Part shown: positions 50,186 through 59,604 of the stretch, piece after piece | How positions within the stretch are numbered: position 1 is the first letter of the stretch | Layout: each line of letters begins with the position of its first letter | NCBI GenBank assembly: GCA_900550465.1 | Contig: URSC01000004.1 | Coordinates: 76,507 to 140,506, forward strand | Length of the DNA: 64,000 nt | Reading direction: 5' to 3' | From: an uncultured Alistipes sp. | GTDB lineage: Bacteria > Bacteroidota > Bacteroidia > Bacteroidales > UBA932 | Made by a program: the position numbers and the translations under genes | The notes under the pieces: model-generated | Seen by the model: the letters and a program-made list of their open reading frames with translations, nothing else | Database searches by the model: none | What the model was told of the DNA's origin: nothing

Positions 50186-50707
50186 ATGGATACGATGTCC
50201 CCTCAGCAGCGGCATAAGAACATGGCGGCCATCCGTTCGGCTGACACCAAGCCCGAGATGACCGTCCGCCGCTGGCTGCACTCCCGCGGCTTCCGCTACC
50301 GGCTCAACCACCCGCGTCTGCCCGGCCACCCCGACATCGTACTGCGCAAGTACCGCACCTGCATCTTCGTCAACGGCTGCTTCTGGCACGGCCACGAAGG
50401 CTGCCGCTACTTCCGCCTCCCCAAGACCAACATCGACTTCTGGCGCACGAAGATAGAGCGCAACCGCGAGCGTGACCACCGCGACTACCTGGCCCTCGCC
50501 CGCCTCGGCTGGCACACCATAGTCATCTGGGAGTGCAGCCTCAGGCCCGCCGCCGTCCGCCGGCGCACCCTCGAGTCGCTCGAGCAGACCCTCTATCACA
50601 TCTATCTGGCTGACCGGGAGGTAGGGAACGGGCCTTCGCGGGCTCTGGAGTATCCGGTCCGCGGGGAGGAGGACGGGGGTGATGGGAAGATGGTGGCGGA
50701 GCAGTAA
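50186..50707 (+). CDS. vsr: Very-short-patch-repair endonuclease
   Basis: PEMTVRRWLHSRGFRYRLN...PDIV...IFVNGCFWHGH are classic Vsr motifs. GC-rich like the flanking core genes. Confidence 0.85.
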   Translation: MDTMSPQQRHKNMAAIRSADTKPEMTVRRWLHSRGFRYRLNHPRLPGHPDIVLRKYRTCIFVNGCFWHGHEGCRYFRLPKTNIDFWRTKIERNRERDHRDYLALARLGWHTIVIWECSLRPAAVRRRTLESLEQTLYHIYLADREVGNGPSRALEYPVRGEEDGGDGKMVAEQ

Positions 50708-51265
50708 ACTTTGGGGAATTTTTGGAAATGCTTTTTATAAAAAGCAAAAAGATGCTGTTATTGCTCAATGTATTAAACACTGGATCTGAAAGAACTGAAT
50801 TTACTTACTTACTGCGCAGTCTGTTCATACCCAGTTTTACGTTTTTTTCTATTACATAGAAACTTACGTCAGGTATCCGATTTACAGACTGAGGAGTGTC
50901 GCCGCTTGTCTGTTATCCGGTCTTTGGCATATAACGCTCTCTATCAACATTATGTACGGATTATTCGATTACAGACTCGACATGGAGAAAATGTGCTGAC
51001 CGCAGACTGCCCTTGCCACAACGCTTCTAAGGCGCATTTAAGAGAATACATGTCCAGGCGCACTGTTCAGTCTGTTATCTGCATAACCGCGTAACCATTT
51101 GTTCTATGGTCTGATACCCCAAACGCTCTATTACAGACTATCGGTGGTGTGGAAATGTTACGTAGGGTGAAAGTCGAAAAATTTAAAATGTGAGAATATT
51201 TCTCAAATATTTGCGCCTGTTCACGTGTTTTCCTATATTTGCATTAAATATTATGAGAAAATCGT

Positions 51266-52495
51266 ATGCTTGTAAATTTTACTTTTCAGAATTTCCGTTC
51301 GTTCAGATATGAGCAGTCTCTGCGGATGGAGGCTACTTCGATTAGGGAACTGAAGGCTTCTGTTGTCGAAACAGAGGATTATCGTCTTTTACCTGCAGCT
51401 GTGATATACGGAGCCAATTCGAGCGGTAAAAGTAACGTCCTGCGGGCTCTGCTGGCCATGAGGGACTTAGTACTGTCTTCTGTTTGGCTGAATCCGGGAG
51501 ACAAACTGGCATTTGACCCTTTCTGTTTGGACGAAACTTCTGAATCAGAGCCTACATCTTATGAGATTCAGTTTCTTCTCGGGAATACAAAGTACCGCTA
51601 TGGCATAGAGCATGACCGGCAGAGGATAATCGGGGAGTGGTTGTATGAGAAGAAAGTAAAAGAGCGGGAGTTCTGCCTGTTTGAGAGAAACTGTCAGGAA
51701 TTGCATGTCTCTTCTGCAAGATTCGCCGAAGGTGAGGGGAAAGAGGAGATGACACCCGAAAACAGGCTTTTCCTGTCATTAGTGGCTCAACTGAATGGGA
51801 AAAAAGCAGAGTCGATTATCGGCTTTTTCCGCGGCATGTACGATTTCTCACGCAAAAGTTTCGGTGAAAATGACAGTTTTACGATGAAGCTGTTTCAGAA
51901 CAACAGCGAGGAGTGCAAGGATATTTTGAGTTTTTATCAGCACCTCCAGTTAGGATTTAAGGATATGAAAGTCCAGGAAGCACCTTACTATTACGTGGAA
52001 AAGGAAAAGAAGGTGGAATTTAAGGGGCTTTATGAAATGCTTACCGTTCATAATATCTACGATAATGAAGGGAATGTCGTGGATGAACGGATGTTCAGAA
52101 AAGACTTGATGGAATCAGAGGGGACAAAACAGGTGATCTCGCTGTCAGGTCCGCTGTTCTCGGCTCTGAAAAACGGAACAATCCTGCTTGTAGACGAACT
52201 GGACATCCGCCTGCATCCGATGCTTACCAGAAGCATTGTCCAGCTGTTCATGGATAAGAATACAAATCCCAACGGAGCGCAACTTGTATGTACTACACAC
52301 GATACCAACTTGCTCAATCTCGCGTATTTGCGTAGAGATCAGATCTGGTTCACAGAGAAAGACAGGACCGACTCCAGCGTTCTCTATTCCCTTGTCGAGT
52401 TCAAGGATGACCGTGGGGTCAAGGTCCGTAATGACCGAAGCATTGAGAAGGATTATATCGAGGGACGTTTTGGGGCGATTCCGTTTTTACGTTAA
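51266..52495 (+). CDS. AbiLi-like ABC-type (AAA_21-like) ATPase
   Basis: N-terminal FQNFRSF, Walker A GANSSGKSN, Walker B/D-loop LLVDELDIRLHP, and CTTHDTNLL. AT-rich island. Confidence 0.7.
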   Translation: MLVNFTFQNFRSFRYEQSLRMEATSIRELKASVVETEDYRLLPAAVIYGANSSGKSNVLRALLAMRDLVLSSVWLNPGDKLAFDPFCLDETSESEPTSYEIQFLLGNTKYRYGIEHDRQRIIGEWLYEKKVKEREFCLFERNCQELHVSSARFAEGEGKEEMTPENRLFLSLVAQLNGKKAESIIGFFRGMYDFSRKSFGENDSFTMKLFQNNSEECKDILSFYQHLQLGFKDMKVQEAPYYYVEKEKKVEFKGLYEMLTVHNIYDNEGNVVDERMFRKDLMESEGTKQVISLSGPLFSALKNGTILLVDELDIRLHPMLTRSIVQLFMDKNTNPNGAQLVCTTHDTNLLNLAYLRRDQIWFTEKDRTDSSVLYSLVEFKDDRGVKVRNDRSIEKDYIEGRFGAIPFLR

Positions 52496-52506
52496 ATGTT
52501 CATACT

Positions 52507-53199
52507 ATGGGACTTATTCCAAAATACAAGAGAGAGAAGCAAAAACTGATAAGGCGCGAGGCGAAAGCTGCAAAGAAGCGTGGAGAAAAAGTGCGGTCCA
52601 AAATAGTCCGTTTTCTTATTGTATGTGAGGGAAGTGAGACCGAACCCAATTATTTTGAATCCTTTATTGCCGACAATTATTCTCAGGTGTTGTCTCCAAT
52701 TGTTAGAGGGGGAGGACGTTCTACATGTTCGTTGGTAAAGTGGGCAAAAGAGAAAAAAGATGAGCTTGAGCGGGCAAGTCAACTTAGATTTGACAGGGTA
52801 TGGGTAGTGTTCGACAAAGATGACAATAATGATTTCGACAAAGCAATAGAGATGGCTAGAAAATATGGGTTCCAGGTAGCGTGGAGCAACGAAGCCTTTG
52901 AACTGTGGTTTCTGCTTCACTTTCAGTATTGCGACACAGCGATAAGCCGCACTGCCTATATCGAGAAACTTGAAGGTAAAATACGTGAGTGCAAGGGATA
53001 TAAGACTTACCGGTATGAGAAGAATTCTAAGAAAATGTATGACATAATTACATCTTTGGGAAATGAAAAATCAGCCATATCATATGCCAGGCACTTGAGA
53101 TCAACCTACTCGAAGGAGCAAAAATTTTCAGAGCACAATCCTTGTTCTACGGTAGACCGCTTGATAGAAGAGCTCAGGTGTCCGGAGAAGTTTTTGTAA
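52507..53199 (+). CDS. RloB/AbiLii-like Toprim-type protein
   Basis: N-terminal IVCEGSETEPNYF (EGxxE) and VVFDKDDNND (DxD) resemble the Toprim/OLD-type metal sites of RloB-like proteins. It lies 12 bp after the ATPase gene. Confidence 0.65.
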   Translation: MGLIPKYKREKQKLIRREAKAAKKRGEKVRSKIVRFLIVCEGSETEPNYFESFIADNYSQVLSPIVRGGGRSTCSLVKWAKEKKDELERASQLRFDRVWVVFDKDDNNDFDKAIEMARKYGFQVAWSNEAFELWFLLHFQYCDTAISRTAYIEKLEGKIRECKGYKTYRYEKNSKKMYDIITSLGNEKSAISYARHLRSTYSKEQKFSEHNPCSTVDRLIEELRCPEKFL

Positions 53200-53324
53200 A
53201 GATGCGGAAGGTAGGTTGCATTTTTAGTTCATAGGAATGATTAACACTTGTGTTAAATTTTTTTTGTACGGCTGTGGAGCCAAGAGGCGTAATGACCGGG
53301 GGCTCTGTCCATACTGATATTTGT

Positions 53325-53795
53325 TTAAATGGGAACAGAAAGTGAAACAGATCGCTCTTTCTGAAATTCATCATCCCAAGTTATTCTCAACTTGATCGTT
53401 TTTGAGTGTCCTTCACAAAATGAAAGGCGTTCTTCTATGTAGGATTGAGGATTTATGATGTCATATGGGCCAAATTCCGTATGGAGTATCCTGGACATTT
53501 CATCTTTAGTGGACAGTATTTCTATTTTGATATTTTTAGCATCTGCTTTTCCTGCATTGACAAATCGTATTTTCGCGCTCCCTTTATGACCATGAATTAT
53601 AGCAGCTTTCATTTCTGCCATTTTCTCTTTGACTTCTTCTTTTTCAAATTGTCTGATTTGCAACTCATTAAGTTTGGCCTCTTGTTCTTTTAATTTTTTG
53701 TCATGTTTAAAATAAGCAAAAATACCGCCTACAGCGACTAGGCCTGACAGTATTATATCACTCCAATTTTTAAGAAAAGAGATAAAACTATTCAT
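53325..53795 (-). CDS. Hypothetical single-pass membrane protein (N-terminal TM, coiled coil, ~80-aa C-terminal domain)
   Basis: TM helix ILSGLVAVGGIFAYF, KLKEQEAKLNELQIRQFEKEEVKEKMAEMK coiled coil, and no known motif. Co-directional with the zinc-ribbon gene and 4 bp after it. Confidence 0.5.
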   Translation of the reverse strand: MNSFISFLKNWSDIILSGLVAVGGIFAYFKHDKKLKEQEAKLNELQIRQFEKEEVKEKMAEMKAAIIHGHKGSAKIRFVNAGKADAKNIKIEILSTKDEMSRILHTEFGPYDIINPQSYIEERLSFCEGHSKTIKLRITWDDEFQKERSVSLSVPI

Positions 53796-53799
53796 TTGC

Positions 53800-54057
53800 T
53801 TATTTGAATTTTACAAACTTATTTCCCTTAAATGCTTTTTTAAATTCATCCTGAATGTACTTGGCCGTATTTTTCTTGATCTGCTCTTTTACTTCATCAA
53901 TGGTATCAGTATTAAGCTCTTTTAATTCTTCTATTCCGCCAAAGTACTCTCTGTTGCAAAATGTGCATTTGACATATGATTTGTCTTCGTTGAACTCAAA
54001 TTTGTCATCACATCCGCATGTGGCACAGCGCAATTTTAAAGAGTATTCTGTTTGCAT
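53800..54057 (-). CDS. Hypothetical zinc-ribbon protein (85 aa)
   Basis: CATCGC ... CTFCN four-Cys ribbon followed by a Lys/Glu-rich tail. Confidence 0.5.
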   Translation of the reverse strand: MQTEYSLKLRCATCGCDDKFEFNEDKSYVKCTFCNREYFGGIEELKELNTDTIDEVKEQIKKNTAKYIQDEFKKAFKGNKFVKFK

Positions 54058-54351
54058 GGTCTATTGTGTTTAATTACTTGTCAGTTAAATAAAAAACATA
54101 AATGAAGGCGTGCTTTATGTAACTTAGAGCGTCAACAGCTATCCCTCATTATGTTTAGGCTCAGCCATATGGCAAAGTTCGCTATAATATAGATAATTTG
54201 CAAACAATTAGCATACTTTGTAGTGACAATAGTGCAGACTGACATTGAACATCTCAGTCTTTTCTATAATAGGAAGGGTAAATGGGACAATTCTGTTCGC
54301 TCATTTATGGAAAATCCCTATCTTTGTCAATTAGTACTAATCAGAAAATAG

Positions 54352-55533
54352 ATGCCTAAAAAGAAGCAATATACTTTCATCGACCTGTTTGCCGGAATCG
54401 GAGGATTCCATCAAGCCATGGATCAGTTTGGTGGGAAATGTGTCTTTGCTTGTGATATAGATCCGGACTGTCGGAAAACATATGAAGTTAATTATGGAAT
54501 AAAACCAGCCGGAGATATCACGCAGATTCATGCTGGCGAGATTCCTCCTCATGATATTCTTTTTGCAGGTTTTCCCTGTCAGTCATTTTCTAAAGCAGGA
54601 AAAAGATTAGGATTTGAAGATGAGACAAAGGGAACGCTATTCTTTGATATATGCAGAATACTAGAATACCACAAACCAAAATATGCGCTTCTTGAAAATG
54701 TCAGAAATTTAGCGACTCATGATCATGGTAATACTTGGCGTGTAATCCACGATAAATTAATTTCTCTTGGATATGATTTACTTCCATCTCCTGTGATCTT
54801 CAGCCCTCATTATATTGGAATTCCTCAGCATAGGGAACGAGTTTATATTATGTGTGTCAGGAAAGATGTGGGAAATGTTAAGCCTTTTATATTCAAAAAA
54901 AACAAGATTGAACATTGTTCCATAGAAACTATTCTTCAAGATGACAACGAAATCAATAATATAAGTGATTATAAAATATCGGAAGAGACAGTTGGTTTAA
55001 TTGATTTGTGGAATGAATTTATCCAAAATATAAAAGTTGATAAACTGCCTGGTTTTCCTATTTGGTCCGAATATCTTCACGATATTCACGACAATGAGGA
55101 TATATTACAATATCCATCCTGGAAACAAAATTTCATACGAAAGAATAACGAACTATATTTAAACAACAAAGAGTTTATTGACGAATGGCTTCTCAGGGCA
55201 AAAAACAATGCATTGTTTTTTGGCGCGAAAGCCAAATTGGAATGGCAGGCAGGACAAACAGATAGTCCGGACATTTGGAAACAAATTTTCCAGTTTCGTC
55301 CCTCTGGAATCAGAGTTAAGGTAAATACATATTTTCCTGCCCTTGTGGCAATTGTACAAACCTCAATTATCGGCCCAAGAAAAAGATTTCTTACGCCTAG
55401 AGAATGTGCTAGACTACAATGTTTCCCCGATGATTTTATTCCTGACGCTAAGTCTGCGCAAGCATACAAGCAGTTTGGAAACGCAGTAAATGTCGAGTGC
55501 GTAAAATTATTTATCAAACATATGCTCAAATAG
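54352..55533 (+). CDS. DNA (cytosine-5)-methyltransferase
   Basis: Motif I FAGIGGF, motif IV FPCQSFS (PC catalytic Cys), ENV motif ENVRNL, and C-terminal QFGNAV. Confidence 0.9.
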   Translation: MPKKKQYTFIDLFAGIGGFHQAMDQFGGKCVFACDIDPDCRKTYEVNYGIKPAGDITQIHAGEIPPHDILFAGFPCQSFSKAGKRLGFEDETKGTLFFDICRILEYHKPKYALLENVRNLATHDHGNTWRVIHDKLISLGYDLLPSPVIFSPHYIGIPQHRERVYIMCVRKDVGNVKPFIFKKNKIEHCSIETILQDDNEINNISDYKISEETVGLIDLWNEFIQNIKVDKLPGFPIWSEYLHDIHDNEDILQYPSWKQNFIRKNNELYLNNKEFIDEWLLRAKNNALFFGAKAKLEWQAGQTDSPDIWKQIFQFRPSGIRVKVNTYFPALVAIVQTSIIGPRKRFLTPRECARLQCFPDDFIPDAKSAQAYKQFGNAVNVECVKLFIKHMLK

Positions 55534-55541
55534 AATTAAGT

Positions 55542-56822
55542 ATGGTACCTTTCGTAGAAACAATAAAAACAAAAGAAGCATTAATTGAAGAATGCAAGAA
55601 GGGTTTTAAAGATTACCAAAGTGGTAAAATCTCCAAAAATGATTTCTGCATGTACTTTGGGTTCACTCATGGAGAAGCCATAACAAAATTCTACCCTTCT
55701 AATCCAGGCGAACTACTAACAGATGGAGGATTTAACTCTGGAAGTGAAGCATATTTCAATGGAGGAATTAATGCATGGAAAAATCTACGAGATGGTAAAT
55801 ACACATTTCCTCTGATTAAAGTAAGTAGTTCTAATGACTTTCATAAAAGTAATGCTCCTCTTCAGAAAATCTGGTTCGGTACTCCAGGCAGCGGAAAGTC
55901 ATATGCTGTAAAGAAGTTCATAAAGGACAGGAACGGAGAGATGTTCCGTACTACTTTCCATCCTGACAGTGACTATGCGACATTTGTGGGTTCGTACAAG
56001 CCTGTGAAGAAAGACAATGGCCTGACATATGAATTTGTCCCGCAAACTTTTACGGAAGCATATATGGCAGCATGGAAAGAGCATGGTGAAGAGTCCGGTA
56101 AAGAAATATTCCTAGTCATCGAGGAAATTAACCGTGGAAACTGCGCCCAGATATTCGGTGACATTTTCCAACTGCTTGACCGTGGCGCGGACGGAATGTC
56201 TGAGTATCCTATAAAGGCAGACAAAGACCTCTGCAAGTATCTGGAATCAGATGAAGCCCTCGGCTCTGGCCATCCCGGCATTGCCGGAGGCAACTTGCGG
56301 CTTCCTGCCAACCTACACATCTATGCGACCATGAATACTTCTGACCAGAGCCTCTTCCCGATGGACAGTGCGTTTAAGCGGCGTTGGGACTGGGAGTATG
56401 TCCCCATTGACCTGAAATGTCTGGAGTCACAGTTCAAAATCACCATAGGTGATACAGTCTACAGTTGGCCGTCATTTCTTGAAAAGGTCAATGAGCGTAT
56501 CCATACACTCTCCGACTCCGAAGACAAGCAGATGGGCAACTTCATCATAAAGAACGATGTGGGAGTGGAAGAGTTCAAGAGCAAAGTGATGTTCTACCTC
56601 TGGAGCGAAGTGTGCAAGGAATACGAGAAGTCCGGTTCATTCTTCAAGAACAAACGCAGCGGTGATGCAGAGTTCACTTTCAACAGTCTCTTTCCCACAA
56701 ACGATGTGACAAACTCCATCCTCCAGGGTTTTATGGAATATCTTGGAGTGGATGCAGTTTCTACTCCTCAGCCATCAGGACAGCCTGATACCGATAGCGA
56801 ATCACACTCAGAAGCACAGTAA
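55542..56822 (+). CDS. McrB-like AAA+ GTPase restriction subunit (LlaJI R1-like)
   Basis: Walker A GTPGSGKS and the McrB signature LVIEEINRGNCAQIFGDIFQLLD. The about 110-aa N-terminal domain is unassigned. Confidence 0.75.
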   Translation: MVPFVETIKTKEALIEECKKGFKDYQSGKISKNDFCMYFGFTHGEAITKFYPSNPGELLTDGGFNSGSEAYFNGGINAWKNLRDGKYTFPLIKVSSSNDFHKSNAPLQKIWFGTPGSGKSYAVKKFIKDRNGEMFRTTFHPDSDYATFVGSYKPVKKDNGLTYEFVPQTFTEAYMAAWKEHGEESGKEIFLVIEEINRGNCAQIFGDIFQLLDRGADGMSEYPIKADKDLCKYLESDEALGSGHPGIAGGNLRLPANLHIYATMNTSDQSLFPMDSAFKRRWDWEYVPIDLKCLESQFKITIGDTVYSWPSFLEKVNERIHTLSDSEDKQMGNFIIKNDVGVEEFKSKVMFYLWSEVCKEYEKSGSFFKNKRSGDAEFTFNSLFPTNDVTNSILQGFMEYLGVDAVSTPQPSGQPDTDSESHSEAQ

Positions 56823-58576
56823 TGAGAATCCTCTTTGAAGACCAGACCTACAGCCCCGACCTTTTGAAAGCATGGGGACTTGAAGCGTTCATGTTCACAG
56901 GTAGGGACGGAAGTGATGCCATACTCCCGTATGTCGGCTATGTTCATTCTTCAAAGATCAACGACTCCATCTTCATCCTGCCCAAAGTCTTCCTCTTTCA
57001 GGGAACCGGGAATATTGACCAGAAAAACTCCAAACCTGAAATAGCATTCGGCAAATACGGCATTGAGGATGTCATGGAAATATCCCCGGAACGGAATATC
57101 CTCAAACAGGACGGACTTGACAGAGTGCTGTTCGGACTTTCGACATGGATATACCGGGCCATCGACAAATATTCTGCACGTCATTCCCATAGCGACATCA
57201 TCCGACGCTCTCACATACAGGGAGTTACTTCGCATAGCGGAGACAGCGACTCGACTCTTTTGGACACCATCCTCGCGCTGCTTGATTTCAACAGAGAGCA
57301 CTCCAATCTGTTCACATACATAACGATAATCAGTTCCACCGGCAAGGACAAGATACACTGGGCGAAGACCATCAGCAAAGTCCGGCCAGTCATCCAGGAC
57401 GGCGAACCTTATTATACCGAGTTTCGCAGCAAGAGCAAGGCCGTCAACTACGATGAGCAACTGATAGTTCTCTACTATTCCGTCCTGCAATACCTCAACA
57501 GACAATATTTCTTTCCCGTCAGGACGAACTTCAACTACGACCTCATCACGCCCCCCAAGATAGAATCATTGATAGAGTCCGGCCGAGGAACCAAACTTCT
57601 GCGCACAATCCGCCGCAGATACTTCAAGGATGAACTTGTCCGTCTCTGGAAACTCCTTTACGCCTTCTTTGACAAGTCGGAATCCATCCGCTCCGGTAAG
57701 ACCCGGGACGAAGCCCTCCTTGCCCGCTCGTTCAACCTTGTTTTCGAAGAGATGGTTGACTGTCTCATTGGAAATGAGGATAAGGATGAAGATGGCATCC
57801 TCTCACGCCTGAAGGACAACAAAGACGGCAAAAGGATAGACCATATCTATAAAGACCGCTCAATGCTTGACGACGGTCAGATCTACTACATAGGTGACAG
57901 CAAATACTATTTCTACGGATCGGACATAGGACCGGAATCCATCTACAAGCAGTTCACCTACGCCAAGAACATCATTCAGTTGAATATTGACATTTTCAAC
58001 AAGGAGGAGCAGAGACGCAGGCCGGAAGAAAAAGCCGTTATCAGAGGTGTCCGTTACCGTGACCCGCTCACAGAGGGCTACAACCCTACCCCTAACTTCT
58101 TTGTCCGGGGTTATATCCATCCGGACGACCTCACTGAAGGCCATGCAGACTACGGCAATGACCGCCTCAAACGCTTCCGCAGGCAGGACATACCGATAAA
58201 CAGCCATTTTCCCGGACGGCCTTTTGACCGCGACACCCTAGTGCTTACGGCCTATAACATCAACTTTCTCTTTGTCCTCGCCTCGTATGTAAACACTGCC
58301 GACAACGACAACATTCGCACACGTATCCATGACTGCTTCCGGAAAGACCTCATCAGAGTATATAACGAAAAATACGACTTTTTCAAAGTCACGCCGTTAA
58401 AGGACGACATTCCTACATTTGTTCGTAGGTATTTTCAAGAATATATAGGCAGAATGTATCATCCGGAAAGAGCCGGTTTTATATGGTTTGCATTCGATAA
58501 AGGTAGTGAGAATATCACAACCTTATGTGCTTCTTTAGGAGTAGACGTTTTAATAGAACCAGCGCTGCTTGTCTGA
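56822..58576 (+). CDS. LlaJI/McrC-like restriction endonuclease subunit
   Basis: Overlaps the McrB-like stop by ATGA. Has a PD-(D/E)xK-like IDHIYKD ... YIGDSKYY core. 584 aa. Confidence 0.6.
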   Translation: MRILFEDQTYSPDLLKAWGLEAFMFTGRDGSDAILPYVGYVHSSKINDSIFILPKVFLFQGTGNIDQKNSKPEIAFGKYGIEDVMEISPERNILKQDGLDRVLFGLSTWIYRAIDKYSARHSHSDIIRRSHIQGVTSHSGDSDSTLLDTILALLDFNREHSNLFTYITIISSTGKDKIHWAKTISKVRPVIQDGEPYYTEFRSKSKAVNYDEQLIVLYYSVLQYLNRQYFFPVRTNFNYDLITPPKIESLIESGRGTKLLRTIRRRYFKDELVRLWKLLYAFFDKSESIRSGKTRDEALLARSFNLVFEEMVDCLIGNEDKDEDGILSRLKDNKDGKRIDHIYKDRSMLDDGQIYYIGDSKYYFYGSDIGPESIYKQFTYAKNIIQLNIDIFNKEEQRRRPEEKAVIRGVRYRDPLTEGYNPTPNFFVRGYIHPDDLTEGHADYGNDRLKRFRRQDIPINSHFPGRPFDRDTLVLTAYNINFLFVLASYVNTADNDNIRTRIHDCFRKDLIRVYNEKYDFFKVTPLKDDIPTFVRRYFQEYIGRMYHPERAGFIWFAFDKGSENITTLCASLGVDVLIEPALLV

Positions 58577-58704
58577 ATTGTTAGTTATGCGTGCCACAGA
58601 AGAATGTGTAGAATCAATCTGTCATGAGCAGTAGCCGAACTATTCCTGACTTGTTGTAAATAAGTTCTATATTGCGCGAAAATATAACTTGATGTGTAAT
58701 AACT

Positions 58705-59478
58705 ATGAGTGTATCTAGAAATATTTGGTCAAAAGAAGAGTTGATAGTGGCTCTTTCATTGTATTTTCAATTGCCGTTCGGTAGGCTGAACCATACGACA
58801 AAGGAAGTAATAGAATTGGCAGGGATAATTGGACGTACGCCCAATTCGGTAGCATTACGTTTGTCAAATTATGCGGCATGTGATCCATATATTATCAATT
58901 CTGGACGAAAAGGGATGCAGGGAGGTGTTTCTGTTTGTATGCCGGTATGGAAAGAATATGAACATGACCGAGAAAAACTTTTTTATGATGCGGAAATGAT
59001 ACTTGCTGACATGAAGAACGAAACCATAGAAAAACGATTAAAAATAAATTATGTGGATTTGGAAGGGAAAGATAAGTTGTCCTATATAAAACAGCGTGTG
59101 AACCAAGATGCTTTCAGGGCAATGATTCTAAATAACTACGCAGGGAGGTGCGCAATAACAGGAATAAATATTGAATCATTATTAGTGGCAAGCCATATAA
59201 TACCATGGTCCATAAATGATAGAGAAAGGTTAAACCCTGAAAACGGTATTTGTCTGTCCCCACTATATGATAAGGCTTTTGATTGCGGACTTATAAGTAT
59301 TCTTCCAAATTACGAGATAGTGTTGTCGAAGGAATTAAAAGAGTATCGAAACGAAATCTTTTATAATGTGAGTTTTGCGCCAATAGAGCATACTAAAATA
59401 GTTTTGCCTGAAGAGCATAGACCAAATCCTGTATTCTTACAATACCATATGGAAAATATCTTTGCAGCACATAATTAA
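58705..59478 (+). CDS. HNH_2-type HNH endonuclease with about 130-aa N-terminal domain
   Basis: C-terminal SHIIPWS ... NGICLSPLYDKAFDCGLIS matches the HNH_2 (H-N-H with DxG) layout. The N-terminus WSKEELIVALSLYFQL is unassigned. Confidence 0.6.
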   Translation: MSVSRNIWSKEELIVALSLYFQLPFGRLNHTTKEVIELAGIIGRTPNSVALRLSNYAACDPYIINSGRKGMQGGVSVCMPVWKEYEHDREKLFYDAEMILADMKNETIEKRLKINYVDLEGKDKLSYIKQRVNQDAFRAMILNNYAGRCAITGINIESLLVASHIIPWSINDRERLNPENGICLSPLYDKAFDCGLISILPNYEIVLSKELKEYRNEIFYNVSFAPIEHTKIVLPEEHRPNPVFLQYHMENIFAAHN

Positions 59479-59604
59479 GATTATGATAGATATAGCTACA
59501 TTATTTTAATCAAGATTAAATAATGTAAACCGTCAATATGCCGTAAAAAAATTACGGAATAGAAAAATTTGCTATATTTGAAACATATTTCAATTTCATA
59601 GGAT

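Noticed and set aside
50906-51094. 62-aa ORF in the island border
   Set aside because: It sits in a repeat-dense non-coding border with no ribosome-binding context. It is more likely a translated repeat region.
53445-53693. 82-aa plus-strand ORF opposite the TM-protein gene
   Set aside because: It is antisense to a better-supported gene with a clear TM/coiled-coil organisation, and its sequence is poly-Phe low complexity.
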